Positions 52,483 to 63,022 of a DNA stretch of 64,000 nucleotides are shown here, one piece after another. The DNA comes from an uncultured delta proteobacterium. Its GTDB lineage: Bacteria > Myxococcota_A > Polyangia > Polyangiales > Polyangiaceae. Position 1 is the first letter of the stretch. Each line of letters starts with the position of its first letter. Made by a program: the position numbers and the translations under genes. Under the pieces are notes generated by a model that worked only from the letters and a program-made list of their open reading frames with translations, had not been told where the DNA came from and made no database searches. Location of the stretch: positions 5,216,001 through 5,280,000 of the forward strand of contig CAWAIF010000003.1 of assembly GCA_963782055.1 (NCBI GenBank), in the 5' to 3' direction.

Positions 52483-53709
52483 TCACTCCACCGCGAAGGT
52501 CATCCCCGCCTCGCGCAGGCGCTCCACCAGGCGCATGCCCATCGCCGACGCGGGGGTGAGCACGCCGCCGCGCAGGCCGAGGCCCTCGTCCTGCGCCAGG
52601 CACACCGCCGACTCCCCGAGCATCTTGGCGGTCTCGCCGTAGCCGGGATCCTTCTGGCCCCGCACGACGCCGCGCACCTTCTTGCCGCCGGCCGTCTCGC
52701 CAAAGAAATGGACGGTGAAGTGGCCGCGCTCCCGCCGCTCGCGTGACGGCCCCTCCCCCGGCTCGGGCAGGACGGTGCGCGCGAGGAGCTTGCGCACCGC
52801 GCCGACCTGCAGACTCGCCATCGCGGCGCCGTAGCCCGCGGCGAAGGCCGTCGCCCTCACCCTCCCCCGGGTGCCGCGCCCGAAGCCCATCACCTCCGAG
52901 TAACGGAAGGACTTGCCGTAGGGGTAGCCGAGGATGGCGTTGGTGCGGCGCACCACACGCGTGTTGATGAGCGCCATGATGAACGGCCCCGTCCAGACCC
53001 CCGCGTCTTCGTCGAGGCGCACGGTGGCGTGGTCCGGTCCGTCCGCCCCCTCGTGCTCCCCCTCCGGGTTGAAGGCGTACGGGTCGGCGAGGACGCGGCG
53101 CACCGACGGGTCGTGCGACGCCTGCTCCATCAGGTAGAGCATGCTGGCGACGGTGCCGCCGCTCATGCCGCCGGTCATGTCGGTGAGGACGAAGCGCACG
53201 GTCTCCAGTGGCTCCCCCAGCTCCGCCCGCGCGTGCTCCTCCATCATGAGCGTGCCCAGGTCGGACGGGATGGAGTCGAAGCCGCAGCAGTGCACGATGC
53301 GCGCGCCCGTCTCCTTCGCCCGCTCGTGGTGCGCGGCGATGCTGTCGTGGATGAAGGTGGGCTCGCCGGTCAGATCGCAGTAGGCGCGGCCGTGACGGAC
53401 GCACGCGGCGACGAGCGGGTGGCCGTACTTCGCGTACGGCCCGACCGTCGTGCACACCACGCGCGCCCGCGGGACCATCGCGTCGAGGGAGGCCTCGTCC
53501 GCGGCGTCGCCCACCACCAGCGGGATCTGCCCCGCGTGGGAGTCGATGGCCTCCAGATCGGCACGCAGGCGCTCCAGCTTGGCGCGGTTGCGCCCGCCCA
53601 GCGCGAGGCGCATCTCCCCGTGACGCGGGACCAGGTACTCGGCGACGAGGCGACCGGTGAAGCCGGTGGCGCCCCAGAGCAGGACGTCGAACTCCGGCGA
53701 GGCGGTCAC
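52483..53709 (-). CDS. Saccharopine dehydrogenase-like / trans-acting enoyl reductase family oxidoreductase
   Basis: GATGFTG, TVGPY, YCDLTGE, CGFDSIPSD and DPGYGET motifs. Confidence 0.9.
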   Translation of the reverse strand: MTASPEFDVLLWGATGFTGRLVAEYLVPRHGEMRLALGGRNRAKLERLRADLEAIDSHAGQIPLVVGDAADEASLDAMVPRARVVCTTVGPYAKYGHPLVAACVRHGRAYCDLTGEPTFIHDSIAAHHERAKETGARIVHCCGFDSIPSDLGTLMMEEHARAELGEPLETVRFVLTDMTGGMSGGTVASMLYLMEQASHDPSVRRVLADPYAFNPEGEHEGADGPDHATVRLDEDAGVWTGPFIMALINTRVVRRTNAILGYPYGKSFRYSEVMGFGRGTRGRVRATAFAAGYGAAMASLQVGAVRKLLARTVLPEPGEGPSRERRERGHFTVHFFGETAGGKKVRGVVRGQKDPGYGETAKMLGESAVCLAQDEGLGLRGGVLTPASAMGMRLVERLREAGMTFAVE

Positions 53710-54605
53710 TTCCCCGCCCCCGCCGCCGGCTTGACGAACTTGAGCGTCATGCGGTCGCTCTCGCCGATGGCCAGGTACTTCGCGCGGTCCGCCTGCCCGC
53801 GCCGCAGGACCGGCGGCAGCGTCCAGACGCCGTCCGGCCAGTCCCTGGTATCCTTCGGGTTGGCGTTGATCTCGGAGGAGGCGGCGAGCACGAAGCCGGC
53901 CGCCTTCGCCATCTGGACGATGAAGTCCTGCGGCACGTAGCCGGTCTTGCCCGCGGTGGCCGGGTCGGTGCCCGGCGCCGCCCGGTGCTCGACGACGCCG
54001 AAGACGCCGCCAGGCTTGAGCACGGCGAAGGCCGCGGCGACGACCTTCTGCGCGATGCCGTCCCGCTCCCAGTTGTGGAAGTTGCGGAAGGTCAGGACCA
54101 TGTCGGCGGAGGCGTCGGGCCCGAGCGACAGATCGTCCGGCGGGTGCAGCGGGTGCAGCTCCACCTTCCCGAACGCCTCCGGGTGCGCGGCGAGGCGGTC
54201 GTGGAAAGCCTTGCCCATCTGCGCCTCGTTCGGCGGCGGGGCGGGGCTGGCGCTGACCAGCTTGCCGTGCGCCGCGAGCACCGGCGCGAGGATCGCGGTG
54301 TACCAGCCGCCGCCCGACCAGAGCTCGACGACGTGCATGTCGCTCTTGATGCCGAAAAACTCCAGCGTCGCCAGCGGGTGGCGGTAGCGATCGCGCGCGC
54401 GCTCGGCGGCGGGGCGCACGTCCGACTTCAGCGCGGCGACGAGGGCGTCGTGGGTCGCCTGGTCGACGCCCGGGTAGAGCGGCGCGGCGGGGTACGACGC
54501 GACCGGCGGCGTGGCGGCCGGCGGCGTCGCGGGTGGGGGCGAGGAGGGCCCACACGCGGCGAGCAGACCTGCGACGAGGGCGGGGACGAGGAGGGAGGTG
54601 CGCAT
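53706..54605 (-). CDS. Lipoprotein, class I SAM-dependent methyltransferase
   Basis: LAAC lipobox; RDRYRHP, VELWSGGGWYT, LTFRNFHNW, LKPGG, IGESDRMTLKF. Confidence 0.85.
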   Translation of the reverse strand: MRTSLLVPALVAGLLAACGPSSPPPATPPAATPPVASYPAAPLYPGVDQATHDALVAALKSDVRPAAERARDRYRHPLATLEFFGIKSDMHVVELWSGGGWYTAILAPVLAAHGKLVSASPAPPPNEAQMGKAFHDRLAAHPEAFGKVELHPLHPPDDLSLGPDASADMVLTFRNFHNWERDGIAQKVVAAAFAVLKPGGVFGVVEHRAAPGTDPATAGKTGYVPQDFIVQMAKAAGFVLAASSEINANPKDTRDWPDGVWTLPPVLRRGQADRAKYLAIGESDRMTLKFVKPAAGAGK

Positions 54606-54707
54606 GGCGTTGTTGGATGCCGGTCGTACCACGCCGGCTTCGCCGCGGGGCGCAAGGAAGGGCTTGGCGCGGCGTCGGGCCTCGCCGATGATGAGCGCCG
54701 GCCCGAC

Positions 54708-56543
54708 ATGATCGTCGTCGTCAGCGATCTCCACCTGCAGGACACCCGCCTGGACGGCCTGCGCCGGCGAGAGGGCGAGCAGGTGCTCCTGACCGAGGTG
54801 CGGCGCAACGTGACCGCGCCGGCGCTCACCCTGCTCGGCGCGCAGATCGCCGACAACGCGCGGCGGTGCGGGGCGAAGGAGGTGGACGTTGTCTTCGCCG
54901 GCGACATCTTCGAGCTGCACCGCACGCCGCTCTGGTTCCTCCGGGAGGGCGGGCTGCGGCCCACCTCCCCGCGCAGCCCCGCCCTGCGTGACGCCGTGCT
55001 CGCCATCCTGGACGCCGTCGCCGAGGAGAACGCCGACTTCTTCGCGATGGCGCGGTCCATCGTGCGGGGCGAGCCCGGCTCCTACCGCGGCGTGAAGCAC
55101 GACTTCGGCGGCGTCACGCTGCGCGGGCATTACATGCCCGGCAACCACGATCGCCTCGTCAACCTGTGGCCGGAGACGCGGGCGCGGGCGCGCGCGCTGC
55201 TGGGCATCGCCGGTGCGGGCGGCGACGACGGGGCGCCCTTCCCGCACGTCTTCGAGCGCGATCGCGCCGCCGGCTACGGCGTGCGCGTGCGACACGGGCA
55301 CGAGTACGACCGGCAGAACTTCGCGGTCGTCTTCGACCCGAAGCACCCGCCCCCGGACGCCACGTACGACGAGCCCGTCTTCGGCGACTACGTCACCGTC
55401 GACCTGGCGACGCGCGTCGCCCTCGCCTTCCGCGCCTTCCACGCGCGGGAGCTGCGCGCCGCCGGCCCGGAGGGCGACAGGCTGCGGCGCATCTACACCG
55501 CCATCCTGGAGTTCGACGACGTCCGCCCGCCGACCACGGTGGTGCGCTACCTCGCCGAGGCGCTCGGCGCGGGCGATGCCGCGACCTTCGACCTGCTGCG
55601 GCCGGTGCTCGTCGACGCCTTCGAGACCGCGCGCGCCAGCGCCTACTTCGCCGAGAAGGCCGGGGAGCTCGGCTTCGCGAAGTACTTCGACGGTCCCGTG
55701 GGCGCGATCGTCGACGCCGCCATCCGCAAGCTCTCCGGCCAGACGCTCGCGCGGATCGTCCAGGCCATGGACCGGCTGGAGGGGGACGGCAACGGCCCCG
55801 CGGTGGGCGCCTCGGCCGAGCCCGGCCTGCTCGAGGGCACGATCGACCTGGTGGTGGCGGGGCACACGCACGAGCCCGCCCACGTGGGGCTCCGCGGCCG
55901 GAACGGCGCGACGTCCGGCGCCGCCTACTACCTCGACTCCGGCACCTGGCGCACCCGCATCGACGCCGGCGAGGCGGGCGCCTTCGGCCGCCTGCGCGCC
56001 TACACGATGATCTGTTGCTACCGCGACGACGAGCTGCGCCGCGGGGAGAGCCGGCGCTTCGAGTCGTGGACGGGCCACCTGCGCAGCGAGGAGTACGGCC
56101 CCGTCGTCGACCGCCCGGAGGCGGAGCCGCCGCACGCGCGCGCGACGTTGCGCTTCGTCGAGTGCGCGGTGGAGCGGGTGCCCGACGGCGCCTCGGACGA
56201 GGGCGCGAAGCTGGTGCTCACGCTCGGCGTGGACGCCGCCGGCGCGCAGGTGACGCTGGAGGGGGTGCACGACGGCGACCGCCTGCCGCTGCGGATCGCG
56301 CCGATGGAGGCCGATCCGGCCCTGGACGGCGAGGTGTGGTGCGCGGGCGTCGAGCAGCACGAGGGGTGGTTCGTGCACCACGAGTCGCCGGTGCCCTGGG
56401 CGGTCGGCTTCGTGCCGCGCGACGCGCCGCGTGGCGCCTTCGTGCCCGGCCGCTACCTGCTCCGCGCCGGCGACGGCCGCGGGCACGGCTACGTCCTGGT
56501 CTACGAGGTCAGCGCGGGGCCTTCATCGGCACCGCGCCGTTGA
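54708..56543 (+). CDS. Metallophosphoesterase (calcineurin-like) with C-terminal extension
   Basis: SDLH, GDIFE, GNHD, HGH and GHTH motifs. Confidence 0.85.
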   Translation: MIVVVSDLHLQDTRLDGLRRREGEQVLLTEVRRNVTAPALTLLGAQIADNARRCGAKEVDVVFAGDIFELHRTPLWFLREGGLRPTSPRSPALRDAVLAILDAVAEENADFFAMARSIVRGEPGSYRGVKHDFGGVTLRGHYMPGNHDRLVNLWPETRARARALLGIAGAGGDDGAPFPHVFERDRAAGYGVRVRHGHEYDRQNFAVVFDPKHPPPDATYDEPVFGDYVTVDLATRVALAFRAFHARELRAAGPEGDRLRRIYTAILEFDDVRPPTTVVRYLAEALGAGDAATFDLLRPVLVDAFETARASAYFAEKAGELGFAKYFDGPVGAIVDAAIRKLSGQTLARIVQAMDRLEGDGNGPAVGASAEPGLLEGTIDLVVAGHTHEPAHVGLRGRNGATSGAAYYLDSGTWRTRIDAGEAGAFGRLRAYTMICCYRDDELRRGESRRFESWTGHLRSEEYGPVVDRPEAEPPHARATLRFVECAVERVPDGASDEGAKLVLTLGVDAAGAQVTLEGVHDGDRLPLRIAPMEADPALDGEVWCAGVEQHEGWFVHHESPVPWAVGFVPRDAPRGAFVPGRYLLRAGDGRGHGYVLVYEVSAGPSSAPRR

Positions 56544-58056
56544 GCCAGTAGACCGCGGTGGCGTCGATGGCGACGCAGTCCGGCGACTGCTGCCCGCTGG
56601 CGACCGTCGTGACGATCCCGTTGTCGTAGCGCCTGACCTGGCCGTCCTGCTGGGTGCCCGGGTTCGTCCAGTATGCCTGCTGCTTGACGGTGTCGAACGC
56701 CACGCCGGTCGGGGATGTCTCCTTGGTCGACAGCGGCTGCGTGAGGTTGCCGTTCTGCCAGAGGAGGTCGCCCCCGCCCGACTCGGCGACGGCGAACGAC
56801 TTGGTGCCTATGCCGGCGATCCCGCTGGGCGTGCTCAACCCGGTGAGCAGCGGTGTCGGGGACGTACCGCCGCCCACGTCCGCCTGCACCACCTCGCCCT
56901 TGGCCGGCAGCGTGGCGATCAGCGCACCGCTGGCGACGAACAGGCCCTTGACCTGGCCCGTGTTGATGGCGCGCGCCGGCGTCCCGCCCTTGCTCGCCAC
57001 GCACCAGGCACCTATCCGGCTGGTTTCGTCGTCGGCCCAGCAGACGAAGTTTCCGTCGGTCGCGACGAAGCCGAACGTGCCCGGCGCGGCGTTGAAGAGA
57101 GGCGAGCCGCCGACCTTGCGGATCGTCCCGTCGGTCGCCACGTACACCGTGCCGTTGGGGTCGCTGGCGATGCCGGTCGCGAGAGTGTACGGACCGCCCG
57201 CCGCCACCGCGGTGCCGCCGTTCAGCGGCACCTTGTAGACACCGCCACTGGTGCCCGTCGTGTAGTAGAGGGCCCCCGTGTTCACCGTGAGGCACTTGCC
57301 CTTGTCACCCATCACCGGCGGGTTGGTGGGAACGAGGTAGCACAGACCTCCGCTGCACTTGCCACCGCTGCAGTCCAAACCGCACGCGCCGCAGTTGGTC
57401 GGGCTGGTCTGCGTATCCACGCAGACGTTGCCGCACAGGGTGTGGTCGCAGGAACCGGACCCGTCCACCGAGGCGATAGCGTCCTTCGAGGCATCGGCGC
57501 TCCCGCCGTCGTCGGTCGCGCCGGCGTCGGCCCCGAGCGTGCCGTCGCCGCAGACGCCGGACGCACACTTGCTGGTGTCCACCGCGGCGCCGATGCACGT
57601 GCCGTGCACGCAGGTCTGACCGTCGTTGCAGGTGACGCCGAGGCAATCGGAGGTGAGCTCGACCGGCAGGGTGAGCATGCGGTGCGACACGTACCGGAGG
57701 GTGCGGCGCGCGACGATGCAGCCGTCGGGCTTGGCGAGATCGCACTGCTGCGTGTCGCGGTCGACGCCCAGCACGACTGTGACGGCCACGGTGTCGTCGC
57801 TGGAGCCGCTCGGGACGACGGTGAGCGACCCGACGCGGTTGAGGGGCGTGGAAGCGGTGCACCCGCTCGCCGCGATCACCTGGGCGGAGTCTGTCTCCAC
57901 CGTCGCCGGCGTGCCGACGCGGACGAGGGTGGAGTCCTTGGTCACCTGCGGGCACCCGACGTCGGTGGAGATCTGCAGGTTGATCTCCGTCGGATCCAGG
58001 CAGCTCATCGCCCCGAGCAGGCTCAGGCCAAGGCAAGCCCCGACAAGTCTACGCAT
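56509..58056 (-). CDS. Cys-rich lipoprotein with C-terminal beta-propeller-like repeats
   Basis: Signal plus Cys, CVDTQTSPTNCGACG repeat, IAIDATAVYW-type repeats. Confidence 0.75.
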   Translation of the reverse strand: MRRLVGACLGLSLLGAMSCLDPTEINLQISTDVGCPQVTKDSTLVRVGTPATVETDSAQVIAASGCTASTPLNRVGSLTVVPSGSSDDTVAVTVVLGVDRDTQQCDLAKPDGCIVARRTLRYVSHRMLTLPVELTSDCLGVTCNDGQTCVHGTCIGAAVDTSKCASGVCGDGTLGADAGATDDGGSADASKDAIASVDGSGSCDHTLCGNVCVDTQTSPTNCGACGLDCSGGKCSGGLCYLVPTNPPVMGDKGKCLTVNTGALYYTTGTSGGVYKVPLNGGTAVAAGGPYTLATGIASDPNGTVYVATDGTIRKVGGSPLFNAAPGTFGFVATDGNFVCWADDETSRIGAWCVASKGGTPARAINTGQVKGLFVASGALIATLPAKGEVVQADVGGGTSPTPLLTGLSTPSGIAGIGTKSFAVAESGGGDLLWQNGNLTQPLSTKETSPTGVAFDTVKQQAYWTNPGTQQDGQVRRYDNGIVTTVASGQQSPDCVAIDATAVYWLNGAVPMKAPR

Positions 58057-60090
58057 TGGTAGATCCTTACACCTTGGCCGCCCTACGGCGGCGGTTGGAG
58101 TCAAGACCCCCTCTCAAACCGTGCGTGCGGATTTCCCGCACACGGCTTACCGGTGGTCTCTCGTGACGCGGCATTACGCGGCCTCCGGGTAGCGGATGGT
58201 CCCGCGCAGGCGGTGGAGCCCGAAGCCTTCGACGAAGTAGTCGCGGGTCCAGCGCTCGGCTTGTCCGGCCTTGAGCTTCGAGCCGGCCCGTTTCAGGCGC
58301 AGCGCTCGAAGCCGTTCGTACACGTACTCGTCGAGTCGGTTGAACTTCACGTCGGCGTTCCCGGTGCGAAAGTACTCGCCCCAGCCACGCAGCACGGGGT
58401 TGAGCTGCGCGACGACGTCGCGCAGGTCCGCGTGGCAGCGTGATCGCGGGGTGAGGTCCCTCACGCGCTGCCGGATCCGCTTCATCGCGCGAGCCGATGG
58501 CCAGCGCTGGAGGAAGTACACGCGTTTGCGCGACCTCTCCCAGATGGACCCGCTCAAGCGTTTCCGCAGGTGGCAGCCGAGGAAGTCGAACCCCTTCTTA
58601 CCCCAGGAGAGGTCCAGCTTCCTCGTCTTGTCCGGGTGCAGCTCGAGCCCGAGTCGCGTCATCACGTGCTTCACGCGAAGCTCGGCCTCGTCGACGTCAC
58701 GCTTCGTCCTGCACATCACGACGAAGTCGTCCGCATAACGAACCAGCTCGCCAAGATGCGCGCACCGCTTCGTCCACACGTCGTCGAGCACGGCGAGGTA
58801 GATGTTCGAGAGCAGCGGCGAGATCACCCCGCCCTGCGGCGTGCCGCTGGAGGGGTTGGTCACCGTGCCTTCGTCCATCACCCCCGCCGTGAGCCACTGC
58901 CGCAGCAGCTTGAGCACCCTCCGGTCCGAGATGCGCCGCTCGACGAGCTTCATCAGCTTGTCGTGATCGATGCTCCCGAAGTAGTCACGGATGTCGGCGT
59001 CGAGCACGTGGTTGTACCCCTTCGCGCCGAGCTTCCTCAGCGTCTCCAGGGCGTCCGTCGCGCTCCGCCCGATACGGAAGCCGTACGAGCACGAGCGAAA
59101 GCTCGCCTCGAAGATCGGCTCCAGCACGAGCTTCGTCGCCATCTGCACCACCCGGTCTCGGACCGTCGGGATCCCAAGCGGCCGCTTCTTCCCATCGGCC
59201 TTCGGGATGTACCGGCGCAGCACCGCTGCCGGCCGGTACCTGCCTGCACGGAGCACGTCATGGATCTCTCCGAGGAGTCGATCCACTCCGTACACCTCGA
59301 GCGCCGCGATCGTCTGGGCATCGACGCCCGCGGCTCCCTTGTTCCTCCTTACCCGCTTCCACGCTTCCGCGAGGACGTCACGCCTCGCGATGCGGTCATA
59401 CAGCGCGTGGAATCGGCGCTCCGGATGCCGCTTGGCCGCGGCACACAGCCGGCGTTGCAGTTGTCGCACTTTGTCCATGGGCTGTCGCCGATGGGGGTGG
59501 TTGGGACCGGTCTCGCCGGCCATGCCCTCGCGCTTACCTGCTCCGCCGACACGACCACTGCAGGGGTCTTTCCCTCCTGCCGCGTTGTTCTTCACGGCGT
59601 TCGTTCGCGAAGCTCGCGCCTCGCTCTTCGGTACAGTGACCCCCTCGGACTCCCGCTGCGCAGCGGCCGACTTCGCCTCTGGCTTATACGACGCGCCTTG
59701 CCCCGACGAGGGCGACGCAGACGGGCCTCCCGAGTTCCGCACTCCTCCTTGCACGCGTGCTGCGCTCCCTACCCCGCCGGGACCGACGGCGCGTTTCGGA
59801 TCTGGCGCCGCCGATATTGCCTTCGCCGCGACATGATCGGCTCGGCTCCCGGTTTGTAGATCTGACGAGGCTGCAAGCTTCACTTCATGTTGCGGCCCGC
59901 GTGCTCGCTCGGTCCGTGGACCCTTTCGACGCCCCGCTCGGCCGACGGGATCTCTCCCGCTCGGCTGGGGCCTGCTACCCGGCGCTCCGACGCTTACCGG
60001 TGCGGGACTCTCACCCGCTGGAGAAGCGCAGCTTGAGGCAGGTCGTTCGTCGGGCATGCCCGACGGACGACCTGCTTCTTCACGGCGCAC
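58055..60090 (-). mobile_element. Complete group II intron
   Basis: 5' GTGCG at 60090; domain V AGCCGTGTGCGGGAAATCCGCACGCACGGTT; domain VI ending CTACCAAT; RT ORF inside. Confidence 0.88.
58174..59523 (-). CDS. ltrA: Group II intron reverse transcriptase/maturase (no endonuclease domain)
   Basis: RPLGIPTVRDR, GTPQGGVISPLL, YADD, FDFLG, LRGWGEYF; start may instead be 59478. Confidence 0.93.
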   Translation of the reverse strand: MAGETGPNHPHRRQPMDKVRQLQRRLCAAAKRHPERRFHALYDRIARRDVLAEAWKRVRRNKGAAGVDAQTIAALEVYGVDRLLGEIHDVLRAGRYRPAAVLRRYIPKADGKKRPLGIPTVRDRVVQMATKLVLEPIFEASFRSCSYGFRIGRSATDALETLRKLGAKGYNHVLDADIRDYFGSIDHDKLMKLVERRISDRRVLKLLRQWLTAGVMDEGTVTNPSSGTPQGGVISPLLSNIYLAVLDDVWTKRCAHLGELVRYADDFVVMCRTKRDVDEAELRVKHVMTRLGLELHPDKTRKLDLSWGKKGFDFLGCHLRKRLSGSIWERSRKRVYFLQRWPSARAMKRIRQRVRDLTPRSRCHADLRDVVAQLNPVLRGWGEYFRTGNADVKFNRLDEYVYERLRALRLKRAGSKLKAGQAERWTRDYFVEGFGLHRLRGTIRYPEAA

Positions 60091-60148
60091 CATGACCTCG
60101 ATCCTAGCCGAAGCCCAGCACGTGCGCTCGCATGCCGGACGGAGCGTC

Positions 60149-60841
60149 TCAGTGCGTACCTTGTGCGCCGGCGTGCGCGGGCATCTCCAGCTTGGTGTAG
60201 TCGCTCGGGATGGCGAACTTGGCGGCGTCGAACTTCTCGTGCTCCACCTTCGTCACCTCCATGCGGCTGATCTCCTTGCCGCTCGCGTCGTACTCCACGC
60301 TGCGCATGGGGAAGAGCTTCTGCTCTCGCAGGTCCTTGGCGAGACCGGAGCCGGAGCCCCCGCCGCGCAGGGAGGCGATGTCGAAGAAGGCGATGCCCTT
60401 CGCGATGCACACCTCCGAGCGCTTGCCGCTCGGGTCCTTGGCGGTCCAGTCCTCGCAGTCCACCCCGGCGATGGTCTCGTGCTTGCCGCTCTTGACCACC
60501 GAGCTGGTGTCCGGGCTGGTGTTGGTCGCCGCGCTCGGCTTGTTGAAATCGAGGTCCATGTAGGACTTCTTGGAGTCGAAGACCATGCTGACCTTGTTCG
60601 TCTCCGGATCGAAGATGGCGTGGCCGTCCTCCCCGCCGGGCGCGGGCATCTCGAAGCGGAGCTTGTCGCCCTTCACCAGCACGGTCATGTCGGTGCCCGC
60701 CTGGCCGGGCTTGGTCGTGTGCATCGTGATCGCGCCCTCGAAGTCGGAGCCGAACCCCTTCTTGGAGCAGCCAGTGGCGAGCGGTGCGATCAACGAAAGG
60801 GCGAAGAGCGCGGGACGGGCCCGGAGGAGCAGCGTACGCAT
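60149..60841 (-). CDS. DUF4412-like lipoprotein
   Basis: ATGC lipobox, GKHETIAGVDC, FAIPSDY. Confidence 0.7.
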   Translation of the reverse strand: MRTLLLRARPALFALSLIAPLATGCSKKGFGSDFEGAITMHTTKPGQAGTDMTVLVKGDKLRFEMPAPGGEDGHAIFDPETNKVSMVFDSKKSYMDLDFNKPSAATNTSPDTSSVVKSGKHETIAGVDCEDWTAKDPSGKRSEVCIAKGIAFFDIASLRGGGSGSGLAKDLREQKLFPMRSVEYDASGKEISRMEVTKVEHEKFDAAKFAIPSDYTKLEMPAHAGAQGTH

Positions 60842-60992
60842 GGGGCTAGCTTCGCACGAAGGTCGGCGTCCGGGATCGTGGCTTTTGCGTCGGGTCGCAG
60901 GCTTTGCGGCTCAGCCGCCGCCCGGCCCCTCCCGGAGGCGCATTGCCCGGCCCCCCCGCGCTGGAACGCAGGATGCATCGAATGCCGTCACC

Positions 60993-61235
60993 ATGAACTC
61001 CTCTACCGAAAAGGTCCGACAGGACATGCAGGCCAACCTCACCCAGCTCCGCCAGCTCCGCGACGAGCTCCGGGTGCGCATCCACCTCGCCGGGATGGAC
61101 GCGCGGGACGAGTGGAACAAGCTCGAGCCCAAGATCGAGGAGGCGGAGAAGATCGCCAAGGATGCGACGACAGGCGCGGCCGACATGGTCCGCGACGTGG
61201 TCAAGCGGCTGCAACGGCTCAACCAGCAGGTCTGA
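60993..61235 (+). CDS. Small coiled-coil hypothetical protein
   Basis: LRDELRVRIHLAGMDARDEW; strong GC3 codon bias. Confidence 0.7.
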   Translation: MNSSTEKVRQDMQANLTQLRQLRDELRVRIHLAGMDARDEWNKLEPKIEEAEKIAKDATTGAADMVRDVVKRLQRLNQQV

Positions 61236-61243
61236 GCCCGGCC

Positions 61244-62098
61244 ATGGCCTCGAAGCCGCTCACCGGATGGCGTCGCATCGCGACGGGTACCTGGCGCGAT
61301 CCCGACGATCCGCAGATCTACGGTCTGCTGGAGGTGGACGCCTCCCGGCTGGTGGCGTTCCAGAAGGCGTGTCGTGAGGCCACCGGCCTCCACGTGACAC
61401 CGACGCACCTCGTCGGTCGAGCCCTCGCGCGCGCCATCCACGCGGTCCCCGACCTCAACGTGCGCATCGTCGGCGGCCGGGCAATCCAGCGGCCCAGCAT
61501 CGACGTCTTCTTCATCACCGCGATCGCCGGCGGGCACGATCTCTCCGGGACCAAGGTGGAGCGGACCGACGAGAAGTCGGTGCTCGAGGTGGCGCGCGAC
61601 CTCGACCCCCGCACCCGCGTGCTCAAGGCCGGCAAGGATCCCGGCTTCGTGCGCACCAAGAAGACGATGGACTGGCTGCCGATGCCGCTGTTGCGGCTGG
61701 CGCTGCGGATCACCGCCTTCTTCGTCGGCAAGCACGCGCGGACGGTGCGCGCGCTCGCCCTGGCCGCCAGCCCCTTCGGCAGCGCGATGATCTCCAACAT
61801 CGGATCGCTCGGGCTGCCGATCGGGTTCGCCCCGATCGCGTGGCTGTACCACGTGCCCATCCTGCTGCTCGTCGGCGCGATCGAGGACAAGCCGGTGGCG
61901 GTGGACGGCCACGTCGAGGTGCGCCCGGTGCTGCCCATCACCGCCACCATCGATCACCGCTACGCCGACGGGTGGCACATCAGCCAGCTCATGCGCGTCT
62001 TCCGCGAGTACCTCGACGCACCGGACCTCTTCGAGGAGCTCCCGGCGGCGGAGGCTCGCACGACGCCGGAGCCAGTCGCGACGGCGCCCGCGGCGTGA
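61244..62098 (+). CDS. 2-oxoacid dehydrogenase E2 catalytic-domain-like protein
   Basis: ISNIGSLG and TIDHRYADG motifs; no lipoyl domain. Confidence 0.85.
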   Translation: MASKPLTGWRRIATGTWRDPDDPQIYGLLEVDASRLVAFQKACREATGLHVTPTHLVGRALARAIHAVPDLNVRIVGGRAIQRPSIDVFFITAIAGGHDLSGTKVERTDEKSVLEVARDLDPRTRVLKAGKDPGFVRTKKTMDWLPMPLLRLALRITAFFVGKHARTVRALALAASPFGSAMISNIGSLGLPIGFAPIAWLYHVPILLLVGAIEDKPVAVDGHVEVRPVLPITATIDHRYADGWHISQLMRVFREYLDAPDLFEELPAAEARTTPEPVATAPAA

Positions 62099-62830
62099 TC
62101 AGCCGACGATGCGGTAGTCGGAGAGGGTGGCCTCCCCGACGAAGTGCTTGTGGAAGAAGAGCACGCCGCCCTTGCCCTCCACCGTCACCTTGGAGATGGC
62201 CGGGCCGAGCGACGTCTTCGCCCCGAACACCACGGTGACGTGCACGTAGTCGACGAACGCCGGCGTGCGCGAGAGCTTGAAGCCGGCGGAGAGCACCGTC
62301 CCGGCGCGCGTGTCCACCCAGGCGGAGCCCTCGATGGTGTCGTCCTCGCGGATCTTCGGGACGAAGGAGACGAGCACGCGGGTGGGGTCCGCAGGGTCGA
62401 CCTTCACCACGTCGAACACGTAACGCGGCTGCTCGCCGGCGTGGAAGGGCATGCGGATGGGCCGCTTGTCTTGGTCCTTCGGCTTCTTCGCGCCGTCGCG
62501 CACCTTCTCCCGGGCCTCCGCGGTCTCGTCCTTGCCGTCCTCGACGTAGCGCAGGACGTCCACGTGCGCGGCCTTGCCGTCGGCCTGGACGCGCGCCTTG
62601 CCCTCCTTCAACGACGCCACCGTGCCGTCGCCGTCCAGGCTCTCCAGCCGCCCCTCCACCGTGAAGCTCGCGTGGGTGCGCATGCGCTCCAGCTGGGCGG
62701 CCTGCACCGCGAGGCGCGCCAAGAGGGCGGCGGAGGGCGGCTGCGCGAGGGCCGTGCGCTCCCCGGGGAGCAGGGCGAGCGCGAAGGCGACCAGCAGGGT
62801 GACCAGCGCGAGGCGGCGCGAACCGGACAT
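62099..62830 (-). CDS. Secreted hypothetical protein
   Basis: Signal peptide, strong codon bias. Confidence 0.65.
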   Translation of the reverse strand: MSGSRRLALVTLLVAFALALLPGERTALAQPPSAALLARLAVQAAQLERMRTHASFTVEGRLESLDGDGTVASLKEGKARVQADGKAAHVDVLRYVEDGKDETAEAREKVRDGAKKPKDQDKRPIRMPFHAGEQPRYVFDVVKVDPADPTRVLVSFVPKIREDDTIEGSAWVDTRAGTVLSAGFKLSRTPAFVDYVHVTVVFGAKTSLGPAISKVTVEGKGGVLFFHKHFVGEATLSDYRIVG

Positions 62831-63022
62831 GGCGACAGTCTGGGCCGGCCGCCGGAGGTGCGCCAGCGAGGGATCGCGCCGGGGACGAGGCGAGCGTAGA
62901 GTCGGGCTCATGCAGGCCTGGGAACCGCTGGGCGCCGCCGGGCCGAAGTCCCTCGTCCCCGCGCCGCCCGCCCCCCGCTGGCCGGCGCTGCTCGCCTCCC
63001 GGGCGCCCCTGGGGCGAGCGGG

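Noticed and set aside
58174..59523. RT as a retron, DGR or part of the capture system
   Set aside because: It has group II intron domains V/VI and a GTGCG start, and lies ~7 kb outside the array among housekeeping genes
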